DNA of 64,000 nucleotides from Lama guanicoe. Lineage: Eukaryota. How positions within the stretch are numbered: position 1 is the stretch's first letter; each line of letters begins with the position of its first letter. The stretch lies in NCBI GenBank assembly GCA_013239625.1, contig MU054212.1, positions 5,118,270-5,182,269 of the forward strand, given 5' to 3'. The translations under genes and the position numbers were made by a program. Positions 36,996-50,574 of this stretch are shown here, one piece after another. The notes below the pieces were generated by a model. That model worked only from the letters and a program-made list of their open reading frames with translations, had not been told where the DNA came from and did not search any database.

Positions 36996-39900
36996 ACTAA
37001 GCTAGAACTCTGGTGCAACTCATGGTATCTGGAACTATGACAGCTACAGTATCCTACATGGAAAACTCCCAGAAGAATGATAGGCATCTCGGTTTGATCT
37101 GCAATCCTTCAGCTCTTTGCTTTAATTCTCCTAATTAGATGACAGCATCACTGATTGAGGAAGTAATTAAAAAAAAAAAGAAAAAAAAGAAAAGGGGCTA
37201 CGTCTAAACTCGAACAATAACTCCAGAATGATTTCTATTGCACAGTAATAGAATCTACCGTGGGCTTAGATTTCCTTAATTTTAAAGCTATCCTAACATC
37301 ACCATTTTTGTTAGTAGTAAGTCTCTCTATATATTTATATTAAATATAAATAAAATAAATATTTCTTTAATAGACATTTTATATGATATGCAATATATAT
37401 TTATATGTATATCATTGTTTAAATATTAAATGTCATATAAGTAAATGAAGATTATTATTCTGAAGTGGCACATAGCATTATTCTCAACATCCGTGAAAAC
37501 TTAAAACTTAAGAAGTCTTTTGGATTTATCATTAACCAAGAATAATGTCAAAATGAATCTTCTTCAGAGCAAAGTCTGCGCTATAGTAAAATGTGTTACA
37601 GTGAGTTCCTGGTGTGTTTAATACTAAGACAGAAACTGATATGGCACCGGGCTAAACACTAAGACAGCAGAGATTTTTAAAGCCCATTAGATTGTAATGT
37701 CATTGACAGCAGGGAACAAGTGTTTTATTTCCTCGGTAACCCCCTGCCTTTCACTGTATAGGATAGGATTTTGCACAGAGTGAATGCTCAATAACTCTTT
37801 TTGTGGTGACTGTTAGATAATGAGTCATGAAGAATAGCAAAATTAGAGTCAGGAAAAACCCGTTGAGCTGTAGCAACCGTGTGTGTCGCAATGAATAAGA
37901 GACTAGCCAAAGAATGACAGTGAGGCAGTAAGATCTGTACACCTGGGAAAAATGTTGCCATGTGGTCACTACGCAGGAAGTAACAGGCTGACTTACTCTG
38001 ATGTAAGTGTGAATTCAGGAATATAAAGTAGGAAACTCATGATCTATTATCACAGATTTCACGGCAGTAATCACAGCTAGCAGATATGAAGTCTTACCTT
38101 TGAAACTATACTTACAAAAAGACTTTGCTATCTTCACCGTTGTATTTGAATGTTTTAAATGACAGTTTTAGAGAGTTAAATCAAAATACTTCTTCAACGG
38201 AGGATGATGCAGAAAATATTTATATAGTCAAGTAAAAGCGGAATCTACATAAATTTTTCTTTGAAACCAAGCAGTGCACTAACTGTGTGTGTATCTTTCG
38301 AACTCCAACCACATTGTCCATTTTCATCTCACGGTATATTTATGCTTAATCCTAAAGTCGTCACTACTTGTGAAACAGCAATGATTTGACAATATTCATG
38401 TATTCTTAATAACGTATTAATTAAGGTGATCTTTAAACACATTTGTGCTGGTTTAGGCAACACAGGGCAGAGGGGCTCTAGAGAGAGATCTAATTTTGAG
38501 TTGCCTTTCCATCAGCCTGGAGCTCAGGCAGGCAGTCACGTCAAATTGAACCTGGTGGAACAGTATGGTGGGGGAAAAGGAAGCCATAAGTTTTAGATTC
38601 TCATGTTATCCAGCCAGGGGAGTCTCAGGGAAGCTACTATAATATTGTCCGCATTAGAATATGACTCCCCTCACTTTAAACCTGAAATGCAGTTGACACA
38701 CATCATCATTCTGCAGAGAATAGAAAAGATTAGTAAAAAAAAATGTGTTTCCAAGTTAACTGGGCTATGAAAAAACAAAAATTCTAGAAATCTTTTTTAT
38801 AAAATGTTGACGTTTCATTAAAAGAAAAAAATATGAGAATAAACAAAACCAGAAAATTTCCCACAGCATTGATATCAAACAAAATGAGTTTAAATAACTA
38901 AATAATTTAACTACTATTAAAATTATTCAAAAATATTTTTAAAATGTGAACATCCTGTTCTATGTGTGTAGCCTACTATTTATTTGCCTATTCACATAAT
39001 TTAGACATCATACTCCTTTCTATGTTTGTTACATTTGGACATCCTCTCTTTGGTGAAACAAACACCCTTACTTCTGTAAATTTATTTTCTTCCATATATC
39101 CTTGAACAAGGAAATTGAGAAAGTGTTAAAGTGCAAAACTTTGTGAAGCTCAACATTTTTAAGGTATAGTTCCCATCTTACTTACCACCTGTTCTTTTCT
39201 TCTAGCCCATTTCCCACTCCCTGTTCAACTTTAAATCTAGTAACTAATTTTGGAATCCAAGTGTCAGTAGGCAGTTCTCTCTGTGCTATCAAACTTGCCC
39301 CAAAAGGTGGTTTTCCCAAAACTGCACTAAAGTATTATCTGTCTAATCCTCCTCCCAATGGTATAGACATCTTGACTCCTGAAGTGCCCAAAATTTAAGA
39401 AAATCCTGTAGAGTTGCTTGAGTTAATGGTATTGTAGTACTGGTAGTGCAATCGGAAACAAGGACATTTGTTTAGGTGTTCTGAGTGTCTCCCCATGCCT
39501 CCTAATGTTCATTACATGGTTATGTATGAAATACTTTTGCACCAATTAATAATGTGTATCCTTTTCTAGTTAGCCATATTTCAGACATTAAACTGTTAGA
39601 ATCGTATTATAACTTATGAAGCATTGCTTTTCATTTTTAATTAACTTAAGCACTTAGAATATCAAACTTCTCCACTGTTAAATTGCAAATTTTTTCTGTA
39701 GTTCTCACATGATGGCTGGTAATGTAACTAAATGAGGGAATTTGACAGGGAGAGGAGATTATTAATTTATTATTATGTCTGGTCCAGGATACTAAAGTGT
39801 GGTCACTATGATTTGGCATGCTTTATTACTCCTCTGTGAGAATTATGTGACAAAGCAAACTGCCAATCTTTTAGTGTTAAGATGAATTATTGAAAGCTAG

Positions 39901-41345
39901 TTCTGCGTATATCATGCTGCTTATCTAGTATGGTATGGTCATATATACCAAATTATCATTTATGCTTAATATGCTGAATGCCATCTTCCATATATGCTTC
40001 TTCATGGGGATATGTTATACCACCATTGAAGTTTAACATCATTTTATGGGGTTTAGTTTCTAGTACACCAGCGTGAGAAATCTCACTTAGTATGGAAAGT
40101 ACACAAAGATAAATTTGTGCTGAAAATCAACATTAAAAATTCCAATTATAATTCACTTATATTTTCTATTGTATCTGGTGATGATTAATTCCAAAATGAA
40201 TAAAGAACATTTTGTCAAGTAGAAAACAAGGAAAAAAGAAATCAAATGTGCAGACTAAATGAAATTCTACTATAATAAACAAATCTTGTTTAGAATCCCT
40301 CTGTTCAAGTTTTCTTTTTCTTTGTTTATCAAAATTTATATTGTAGTCAGTAAACATAAAAAGTTCTTTAAAATAATTTATTATGAAAAGTTACAGGAAA
40401 ACCAAGCTCTTCAAGTAGTTTTCTGACACCTGGGACAGTAAAAGTGCAGAAAATGCATTTTAAACTAGAACAATCTAAGAATCAAAAACCCTCTGCCATG
40501 TGTTTTCTTACCACAGATATTTTCCATGTAGGAAGTTAGAAAATTTTAAGTAGATCATGGTATTGGACTTTTTAAGCAGGAAAAATTCTTTTGAGAAATG
40601 TTATTTATTGAATACCTCTTATATGCTAGGCACAGACCGACAAAAAATAGCATGGAATTCATTCTCTATTGTTATATAAAATTAGTATCTCTACGTATTT
40701 GCATTCATGTACTAGGAAAAGTCTTGAATATTTCTATGATTATTTTCTGGATTTAAATCTAGCATCTCTATGTATTTAAGTTTCAATGAACTTAATTTAT
40801 TGAGCAAGAACTGTAAGGACACAATTATGCTATTCTGAAAGGAATATGATTAAAAAAAATTGTCTCTTCCCTATAAAACATACATTTTGAGGAATGTAAA
40901 TAAAATAGTTGTATAGTTAAGATAAACGCAAGCTCTTAATTTGGGCAAAAACAGGGTTTCATAAAGAAATGGCTTGAAATGGCTTTGAGCAATGCCATAC
41001 AAACTGGAAAGCATTTTGACAGAGAAAATGTGGAAGACAGTATGAGACTATTCTGAGTGGAGATTGAGCATGAAGCAACATGTGATTTGATTATATCTGT
41101 ATGTCTGTATATCCATCTTTCTTTCTATACATAGTCCTGTACAGCACCTATCTAGCTAGCTAGTTAGCTAGCTTTCGAGTTGAAAAGAGAAATAAACCTG
41201 GGGTTAGAGGAAACTATGGAGAAGAGAATAATGAATGCCAGTGACATAGAGTTGATAATAAAATATGTAATTAGGTAGAAGATAGGTTGTTACAGTATGC
41301 TTTTGAGCAGATTGATAATATGGACAGCATCATAATTTAGGAGTA

Positions 41346-41587
41346 TAGTGTGGCTTTCAAAAATTTTGACCATGATCTCATGTAAGAAATAGATTTTACA
41401 TTAAACTCAATCCCCTTACCCTTGAAAAAAAATATTTCATGAAACATTACTTATTCTTACTAGCTACAAAGCACTCTGGTGTTTTTTATTCTGATCACTA
41501 CATTCCTGTTCTGTTTCATTACAGAAATGCTGGTCTGCCCCCATTACATCTATTTCATAATGTGTTTCTGGAATTTGAAAAATACTA
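41346..41587. mobile_element. hAT-Charlie MITE (MER112-like)
   Basis: Degenerate TIRs tagtg..tttcaaa / tttgaaaaatacta; internal gtaagaaatagattttacat, ttcatgaaacattactta, gcactctg, aaatgctggtc. Family name from memory. Confidence 0.7.
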
Positions 41588-41844
41588 CCACAGCAATATC
41601 AACTATCACTGGTAAATATGAAAGATTAACCTAAAGAGAGGCTAAAAGTGGGAGGATTTATTAGGGAATAATAAAGACATGAATTAGACTGTGGTGAGTT
41701 TTAATGCTATGAGGGAAATCATGAAATACGAAAGAAAACATACACATTAGGCAAGATACTTATGTCTAAGACACTGCTGATTATTGCTAATGAAAATAAA
41801 ATGAAATTGATTTGCATGTGTGTGTGTACTTGTCTGTCTCTCCA

Positions 41845-41976
41845 TCTGTCTCTCTCATCAGGATATAAGTTTCACTGGAACAGAGACACTGTCATTCTTG
41901 TTCACTGCCTCGTCACCAGAAAAAAACTATGGGCACACAGTAAGTGCTGAATCAGGGTTTGTTGAATGAAAGAAAC
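41845..41976 (+). mobile_element. L2 3' terminus
   Basis: tataagtttcactggaacagagac..ttgttcactgc..ggcacacagtaagtgct..tttgttgaatgaa. Confidence 0.8.
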
Positions 41977-42409
41977 AACATAGTAGGTTAACTTAAGTAT
42001 TAAAATAGCAAAAATGATCAGCCTAAAAATCCAAAGGCTTTGTATTTGACAAGCCAAAGCATTATATGTGTTTTATCTGATTTGTCTGTGTGTCTTTTTA
42101 TGAAAAACTTTGTAACATACTAATTTCTTTCTATAAAATAAGTTTACACAGTCCTGTGATGAAAATATATTATGATATTTGAAAAATGTAAGCTGTCTTG
42201 TAATAACATTATCAACCTTGAGATCACTACATATAATCATGCAAGTAGTCAAGGGATTGTCTTGAAAAGAGTAAAATATATTTATAAAGAAGCAGAAACA
42301 GTATCTTACTTATTTTAGTATCTTTCAAGCCCAGTAATTTTCCTGGCACACAATAAGGACTTGTTAAATGCTTTATGTAGACAAGAATAAATTATCTTTT
42401 ACCTATTTT

Positions 42410-43010
42410 TTCTTATTAAACATACTATATACATTCATTGAAGATTAAAAAATAAAAACTAGCAAGAAGTATAAAATGAATTTCACTCAACCATCAGAGA
42501 TAACCACTAACACTTGTGTTTGTGTGTATACACACACACATACATAATACACTTGTGTATTTTAGCTTTATTTATTTTTAAAAACACAGAACCATTATTG
42601 TACTTGTTTTATAGCCTTGCTTAAAGTCACTTAGGCTCATCAGCATTACCCATTTCATAGTGCTATTATGGAGAGAAAATGAGAAAAATGCATGTGTAGC
42701 ACTTACAGTGCCTACCACATAAAAAGAAATCAACAAATGTTAACAACTACTATTGAAATCATACTGTTTTATAATCTGTTTCATATTCAGTTAACAATAC
42801 ATAATGAACAGTTTCATGCCATTAAATCATATTCCACAATGTTATTTTGATCGCTTCAGCATATACCATTATGTATAATTATATTTTCATGGATCTTGTC
42901 TTGTTGGGCATTTAGATTGTCCTTTTTACTATGAAATCCATGCTTTAAATAACATCCTTATGGATACATATTTGTATATATCTATGCCTATTTGCTTAAG
43001 ATATATTTTT
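42410..43010 (-). mobile_element. Old L1ME-like 3' region, with a MIR piece at ~42640-42755
   Basis: cagagataaccact, ttgggcatttagattgt, aataacatcctt antisense L1M motifs; MIR tail tgcatgtgtagcacttacagtgcct..acat. Confidence 0.6.
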
Positions 43011-44231
43011 AGATTTTTTTCTTATATAAAAAAATACATTCTGTTTTAAAAAGCAAGTGGTTTTGCAAGTATTATACTACCACTAAAAAGTATTATTAGT
43101 GGTAGTAGGAATATAAGTAATATCTTATTTTCATAATGAAATAACAAGCTTATGCCTCATTTTCCCTATTCTAAGTCCATAGGCAATTATGTTCATACTT
43201 GTTAGTTTCATATTCTAAATAATTTTTTTTACAAGAAATCACTTGACTTCTTAGAAGGGAGACTAAGAAATCTTCTTTCTTCTCCACCTACCTTATCGTT
43301 ATATTTGATAAACCGTTATTTAGTGTTTATAATGTACTTTTATTCATTATAGGGCCATGTAATATGTGAAGATATATTTTTAGTTTTCTATGTAGCATTA
43401 TTTTTCCATTGTAACATTTGATTCTCTTATCTAATCAATGCTGTGATGGTGTTTTATTTGGTTTTCTGTTGATGTTAGTTTTCTTTTGAAGCCTCCATGG
43501 TATATTTCATCTGAAGTTTTGATTTTTTTTTCTAATTTTTTTCCCCCTGATATATTTACGTATATGGTGTTTTGCCTAGAGGACCTCCTAGGATGCCTGC
43601 TGGTTACTGGCCCTCATTTTATATTTAAGAGTAAGAGGTTAAAAGTGACTGGAAGCCTAGGTTTGTGTAAGGAGCAGAGAGGGGGCTATCATTTCCTGGG
43701 CATTGTTATGATTGGATTTAGTCCCACTGGCCAGTACCCTGCCAGGAAAAAAAAAAAAAAAGCTTTAACTATTGAATTAGAGAAAACAATCTTGCTTTCA
43801 CATTGCTCTCAGGAAAACATTGAAGAAAGGGGCTGGGCTTAACCTTTTAATATGCAAACTATTAGCTAATTCTGGTTTGGGTAGGAAAGTACGTTTGTAT
43901 TGCCGTCAACTGAGCCTGGTGTCTCCTGGTACTGAAGTTTTGTGTTTTGATGTCCCCCAAAATAATCCTCCCAACTTCTCTGGGGATGAAAGAGAACCGG
44001 TGACCAAGACGTACATAGTGAGAAGGCTTCTTGGCTTCTGACTTAAAGCTTTTAACCGGTCCGCCAGTTACTAGTCTTCTCCGTCCCCTTCCATCAGGGG
44101 AACCTGTTGTCTTAAATTCATATGACATTATTTAGAACTCTGGAAGAAACTGAGCTAGTTTTACCTCCTTCCTCCTCCACGGGCTTCTGCTGTCTTCAGT
44201 AGGGTAGGCTTGTTTCCAATCGTCTATCTAC

Positions 44232-44418
44232 TTTTTGTTCTTCTAACAGCTTTGTTGAGATTAATTTACATCCCACAAAATGCACTATTTTAATTGAACA
44301 CATCAATGAAACTTAATATATCTGTAGAGCTGTGTGACCTCCACCACAATCTGATTTTAGAATATTTCCATCACCTCCAAAAATAACCTTGTACCCATTT
44401 TCAGTTACTCCCCTATTG
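44232..44418 (-). mobile_element. L1MB-like 3' end
   Basis: aacagctttgttgagat..ttacat...ccaccacaatctgattttagaatatttccatcacc..aaaataaccttgtacccatt. Confidence 0.8.
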
Positions 44419-46029
44419 TTTGGCATTTCACACACCAATATTTTAAAGTTGTGAGAACATTAGAATATCTCCATTTAATTGTATGGCTTTGATGATGGAA
44501 CAGTATTAAGCAATTTTTGATAGATATTTTATTTGACTATAAAATTTCCTGCTACTTATTAATGTTTAAAGCTACTTGCTTGGGCACCCTCATTTGTTCA
44601 TGAGAAGTATACACAGAATCTTAAAAATTGCTATTGTTTATTGTTTTTACTTATTAAAAACTTCTTTAATCACTAAATTTTCTACCATGAATATATATAA
44701 TTGTTCCAATATTTAAATGAAACTTTTAAAATGCTATATATTAATAACTGTATACATGCCACTATAAAGAACTTATTTTCTCATTGTGACTTTTGATGAT
44801 CAACTTTCTGTGCCAGGTTTTCTTTTCCATTTGGATGTATACCCCAAGCCATTCCATCCTCAAGTGTAATAATCTGCATGACAGGACATGTAAGATAACT
44901 AAAACCTAGAACAAATTTCTCTGTCCTGCAAGAAATTCCTTAAGGACTTAGGAAAAGGCAGTAGATTCTTCCCCCAGCCATGCCAAAGGGAAGCGAACTC
45001 CATAAGAGATGACGCTTGATGCCATTCATTTTGATAATGGCTTAAGTACCTCATACAATGCCCTGGGCGTATATATACACTCCATACCCCCTACAGAAGT
45101 TAAATACTTAGAAGAATCCATGACCAGCATTATTTGCAGAGCAGAAGAGTAAATAAAAGAATTACATAATGTTACATTTCTCCCTGATATTACATTTTTC
45201 TGCATGTAGGGCTGAAACCACCTTCAGAGGAATGTCCAGAGGAAGGCATGACTTGCCTGCAGTTCTGAAATATATAAAGCGCTTTGGGGCTATTAAGAAT
45301 TGAATTCCGGTGAAATGAACTGAAAGGAAACTTATGAAGTTTCCACTTCATACCCTGCTGAACTTCGGTTATTTTTCCCAAATGGTATAGCAACTGCTTT
45401 GAAGAACTTCCAAATATTTTCTCCTGAGAGGAGTTCTTACACTTACAGTAAAAAGAAAATGGACTCAAATATTGTCTTGAAAAGAAACAGAACAAAAATA
45501 AGTACACACAAAGATATTAACCAAAATCTTGGAGTAGCCAACCTAAAGAAATTTACTAGTTTACATCCTTATTTATTTATTTCATGGAAAAAAATTTAAC
45601 TCACATCACCTGCAGGCTTGGTATTTGAGCCGTGATAGCCCATGTGTTTATCCTAAAATATTTATTAATTTACTGCTACACATCATGAACTACTCTTTTT
45701 TGAGTTAAAATAATCTCGTAGACGTTACATTCCAGTAACCAACATTATGAAAACAAAATAGTTTTAGGTATTAATGAGTCCTGTGTAGAAAATAAAACAT
45801 GGCAATGTAGCAGAGACCTGGAGAGCTAATGTAGATTGGATTGTCAAAGAGTGTCTCCTTGAGGAGGTGGGGCTGAGATTTGAATGAAGAAAAGTCTAGT
45901 AGTAAAAAATCTTCAGGGTCATAAAATGCAGAGACCAGATAGCATGGGGCGGAGGGGTTGGGGGAGGTGTTGAGAGGTGAGGTGTAAGTGAGTAGGTAAT
46001 GTTAGAGAAGGAAATAAAAGGCAACTACA

Positions 46030-46075
46030 AAAAAGGAAAAGAAAAGGAAGGAAGGAAGGAAGGAAAGGGAAGGAA
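46030..46075. repeat. (GGAA)n-like purine tract
   Basis: aaaaggaaaagaaaaggaaggaaggaaggaaggaaagggaaggaa read directly. Confidence 0.85.
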
Positions 46076-46199
46076 TATGGAGTGGGATGGAATAAGGCAG
46101 TAATCAAGAGAATCTGTGGAGGAAGGAGAGGGTGAAGTTAACAGCCTAAGTGACAGTAAATTGTAACCAGGATGAAACAAGTTTATGAAATGAATAGCA

Positions 46200-46450
46200 G
46201 CGGTATCAGCATCAGTCAGTTTGGGCAGTGGTTACAAATAAGAACTTCAGTGTTATAGAGCTGTAAGCTGTGTGGCTATGGGCAAGTTATTTATCTAAGA
46301 CGAAGTTTGCTCATCTATAAAATGGATATAACAATATATATGTCATAGGGTTGTTGTGGTAACACAAATGAAAAAGACGTGGTGCACTTGACCATATACA
46401 ATATTTTGCCTGGTTGGAGTAAAAATATGATAAGTATTATCTATCACCAT
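46200..46450 (+). mobile_element. MIR SINE
   Basis: agctgtgtggctatgggcaagttattt..agtttgctcatctataaaatgg..tcatagggttgttgtg. Confidence 0.85.
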
Positions 46451-48135
46451 TACTTAAATGATTGAATGAGATAAATAAAATTTAAATAAGAAAAAGGGAA
46501 GATACTTCAGTGCCTCGTTGTATCTAAAAAAAAATCACATGAAACAGAATCCTATGTAACTTAATCCTGCTTTGAAGTGGATTTATATTTATTTACTGAT
46601 TTATTTTTGCAGTCATTGTTTTTGTATTTTACTTTGTTAAATCCGATTACTTTGGTAATTCCCTGTTCTACAACCACTTTGCAGCAATTTGATGTGCAAG
46701 GTCCTATGTGGATTTATTCTAATTTGACTAGATTGTACTTGGAACGCTGCAAAAAGCTCTAAGACCCCAGGACCAGCTTTGTCTTTCCTGTGGGTGTTGA
46801 CCAGCATAACAAGTCTTTTAGCTGCATAGTCACAGACGGTTTTTCCCATTTCTGCTTCTCAAGTCCCTCAGCTACAGGAATTACAATCTCTGTCTGTTTT
46901 GACCTGCAAATCCTTCCTAATTTCTTGCTGTCTTTATGCTCCAGAGAGGATGTAACACTGCTACACTTTCCTATTAGAAGCAAGGCCTCTGGAGAATGAC
47001 ATGCTCCAGAGGAGAAATGCAGAAGCCATGAAAACATTGATTTCTAGTACATGGATCCCGAGTTTAATCAAATTTCGGTTGTATCAGTCCGTGACCTTTT
47101 CTCTGATTAGCGAATTTTGCACAGCTTAACCCCCCTGCTCCCTGATCACTTTATGTATGTCTTTGTTTCCTGCAGCATAATTATTGGAAAACTTCAAATC
47201 CTTAATTGGACACAACTGGATTTTGATCATGTTTCTTCTATATGAGAAAAAAGTATATTTGTCAATTGTCTATTATACACATTGTAAGAGAAGTATTTGT
47301 TACTGTTTCTTCTTTCCTTCTTACTTATATGACCAATATATATAGGAAGATTTCAGAGTCAATATATTCTTTCCTTACATTTCTCAATAAATATGTCAGT
47401 TAATAATGCTTTCTTCCCTCCCCGTCCCCCGACCACCTCTGCCAAGTGAATGCATTTTCATTACAAGGTATTATTTTCTGCTATTAAACAGAATAGAATA
47501 AAACTCTTTGCATTTAGCCTCAATACTTTATATCTTTTAAAAACTAGCCTTAATTAAATCTAAAAACCCTTTGCATGTTAAATAAATTTACTGGTTCTTT
47601 GTTCCATATGAATACTTCTTCATTAAAACTGAAAAATTAAGGTGATAACATTTCATCACTGATACTTACTTTTTTATGAAGACAAGTCGGAATTCTGCAG
47701 AAATAATACCCCATTTAATATTTTGCCTGTTCGTTTAGAAAAATTCAAAGCTGTCACTAATTATATTTGACATTTTGAAAAGTAACAAGTCTTCTGAGAC
47801 AGTCTGTATTAAAATACTGCTGAGTTTCATATGTTTTATATTTCTATGAATTTTCATAAGATTTTCTTACATTTTGCACTTTAATAATTGCTTGGTGGCA
47901 ATAATGATAATGGGCAGGAATAAATTTAGGGAGGCTAAATTATAAATTAAATTCCATGTATGACAATGCATATATTTTCATTTCACCTACATATTTATGA
48001 TGAATACCTATGCTAAAAACATTTAATTTTTCTTAAAATATGCAGTTAAATTTTGCTAAAATTTTAATACAACTATAAATGCCTATTACAAAATGCTTTA
48101 TTTTTTTTTTTAACAAAATGTCTAATCCCTTAAAC

Positions 48136-48476
48136 TGTATTAACTTGAAACAAATAGACTGTCAGATATTTCTCCAGCAAGATAGATTTATTTAAGATCA
48201 ACAAAGAATTGCAATTCGGGGTCCACAAGCATGGTGAGCTACCTGCAAGTCCCCCCTCAGCCAGGGAACGAGAATGCTTCTATAGAGAGGAAAAGGAAGT
48301 TGGAAGGGCTCTAGCAAACAAAGTCCATGGCTTTTCATTGACTGAGTCCTTGCCAGGAAAGAGGAGGAATCTTTCCTCTTCCCGTTGGGCTCAGCTTTCA
48401 TCATAGGGCATGAGAGCTCCCCCTTCTGGTCTCCCAGCTTTACGAGACTGAGTTTTCTGTTCACTAATTTTTCACA
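48136..48476 (-). mobile_element. ERV1-class solo LTR (~340 bp)
   Basis: Sharp GC-richer block in AT-rich flanks; on the minus strand starts TGTGAAAAATT, TATA-like CTATAGAAG near 48280, AATAAA at 48187-48192, ends in CA; TSD not cleanly resolved. Confidence 0.7.
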
Positions 48477-50574
48477 ACAAAGGTAGTCTTTGAGTGTTAA
48501 GCCAATATAACTTGAGACTTCTTGTTTTTATTAGATACACCCTAGACTTTCTTTAACATGGAAAGACTAAATATAGAATTTTCTTGTTCTCACTTGATGA
48601 CAAGCTTAGTCAGTTCCCAAAGTTAAAATTGTATCAGCAGCTCCTATTTTTTTCAGACTTTCAGCAACACTTCCAAAAACAAACAAAAGATATAATGCAA
48701 AGTAAAATAACAGAGGGCACTGACTAGGCTCTACTTCTGGTGAAAGAAGGCTGTTGGACTTGGGCAATTAATGTGTAAGACTAGATCACATAGAACTATC
48801 ATTTAAAAACTCCAGCTTTTTATGCTACTAAGTTGGCGACACTTTTAATCAACAGATACAACAAATAAGTTTCATGTTCTCCTTTCCTCTGTGCTTATCC
48901 TCCTTTGTAAATACAGTCTTCCTAGTTACTTCTTGATATTCCACACAACCAGTCCATCATAGCACATTGCAAAGCATCGTGTGAATTTACAATAATGTAA
49001 CTTAGGTATCTATAAAGAAAAAGAGATTATTACTATTTCAAAACTTCTGAGGTATTAATATCATATTTCTTATACTTCAACATTAGTTATGAAGCCTTAA
49101 GATATACTAACCAAAGAATTGACTTCTTAATAGTAAAATCCAGTCACCTCAACAAATATCCAAGTTTTGACAAATTTCTGAAAGCACAGGGAAATTTTCC
49201 TAAATGGTGCATGAGAATCCACTGACACCAACAGGCCATGATTTTTTTCTCTCTTGTGGAGACTGGATGGAGTCAATAGACTAGAACTATTTTTAGGCAA
49301 GTTATGAAAGGACCTATGTTTCCTTTGCAGGATGTCCTCTGTCTGTCATCAGTGTGGAAGATGTATTATGCAATGGCTAAGGTGACTTTACTGAAGTTCT
49401 CTGATACGGTTACATTGCGCCTAAAGATTCTATGCAGTAAGTTCCCCTTTGAGAAATATTATTAATCCATTATTAATTAATGAGTTATTACTTTACTAAA
49501 TTAAGTATTTTGTCTTCCAGTGTTCCAGCTGTGGTAGAGAAGAGCTGTGACTGGGTGTGGGTGAGACCCTCGGATAACAGAGTGAATCTGAGAGTGTATC
49601 CACAAAAGATATGTTGCATCTTATGAACAACACAGTCTGCTGTTTTTATCCTTTACCAGGTGTGATATTTCACAGCATTTCAGGGATCAAGTTGCCAAAA
49701 TGTTTGGAAACTTCCCTCCTTTAAGCAGAAGGACAAGCAACAGTGTGAGTAAAACCAGTGCTGGAAGATGAAATAAATGACAAGTAAAATTCATATTATG
49801 ATATGTTTAATTATTAGCAAAGGGTAAAATATGGTTTTGCTTGGGAGCAGTAGGAGCTAAGATTGCTAAAGAGACAAGGAAAAAGAATCTTTAATTTCTC
49901 CCACTACTGAAGAGATTTTCTTCACATCAGCAGTGAGACATTCGCCCCAATCAGATGTGATTCTGTCTTTACATAAGATAGAAAATTAACAGGAGTGGTG
50001 AACAAAAGTAAAACAAAAGTAAAAACAAACAAAGCTCAGGCATGTTGCAAACTGCCACTTCAGCTCTGAAGAATCTACTTGCAATCCTGGCTTATTATTT
50101 CTCTCACCAAGTGTCTCTGGTTGAGCCAATTGTAATTTGTATTGAGCTTTGGGGATTTATAAATTGCTCTAATTTATAAATTGCTCTAATGAACATCATC
50201 TTAGATACAGACCCTTGCAAAATCAATTTTATGATACCCCAGTATTAATTAGAGCCCTCATTTCTTTAAAATTGCGTATCTTGCCAGCTACTCAGGTGCT
50301 TTCCGAAGGATGTGGACATATCCTGTCATCATCACTGAGCCTTAAACATAGAACTCAACCCTAAAGTGTGTACCAACCATTTCTTGTTATATATGGTCGA
50401 AGGAAGTAATGATATGGACAGATTGATTGAGCCGCAGTTTTTCAATGTAGTAAAGTAGTCAAAGTCTCTGTTTATTAAAGCTGCATACGTAGTGCAGATA
50501 ACGCACGATGGAGCAGTGGTTGAAAGCAATAGAGTAGCTGCTCACGTGGCAATGTACATAATTCTTAATAATGG

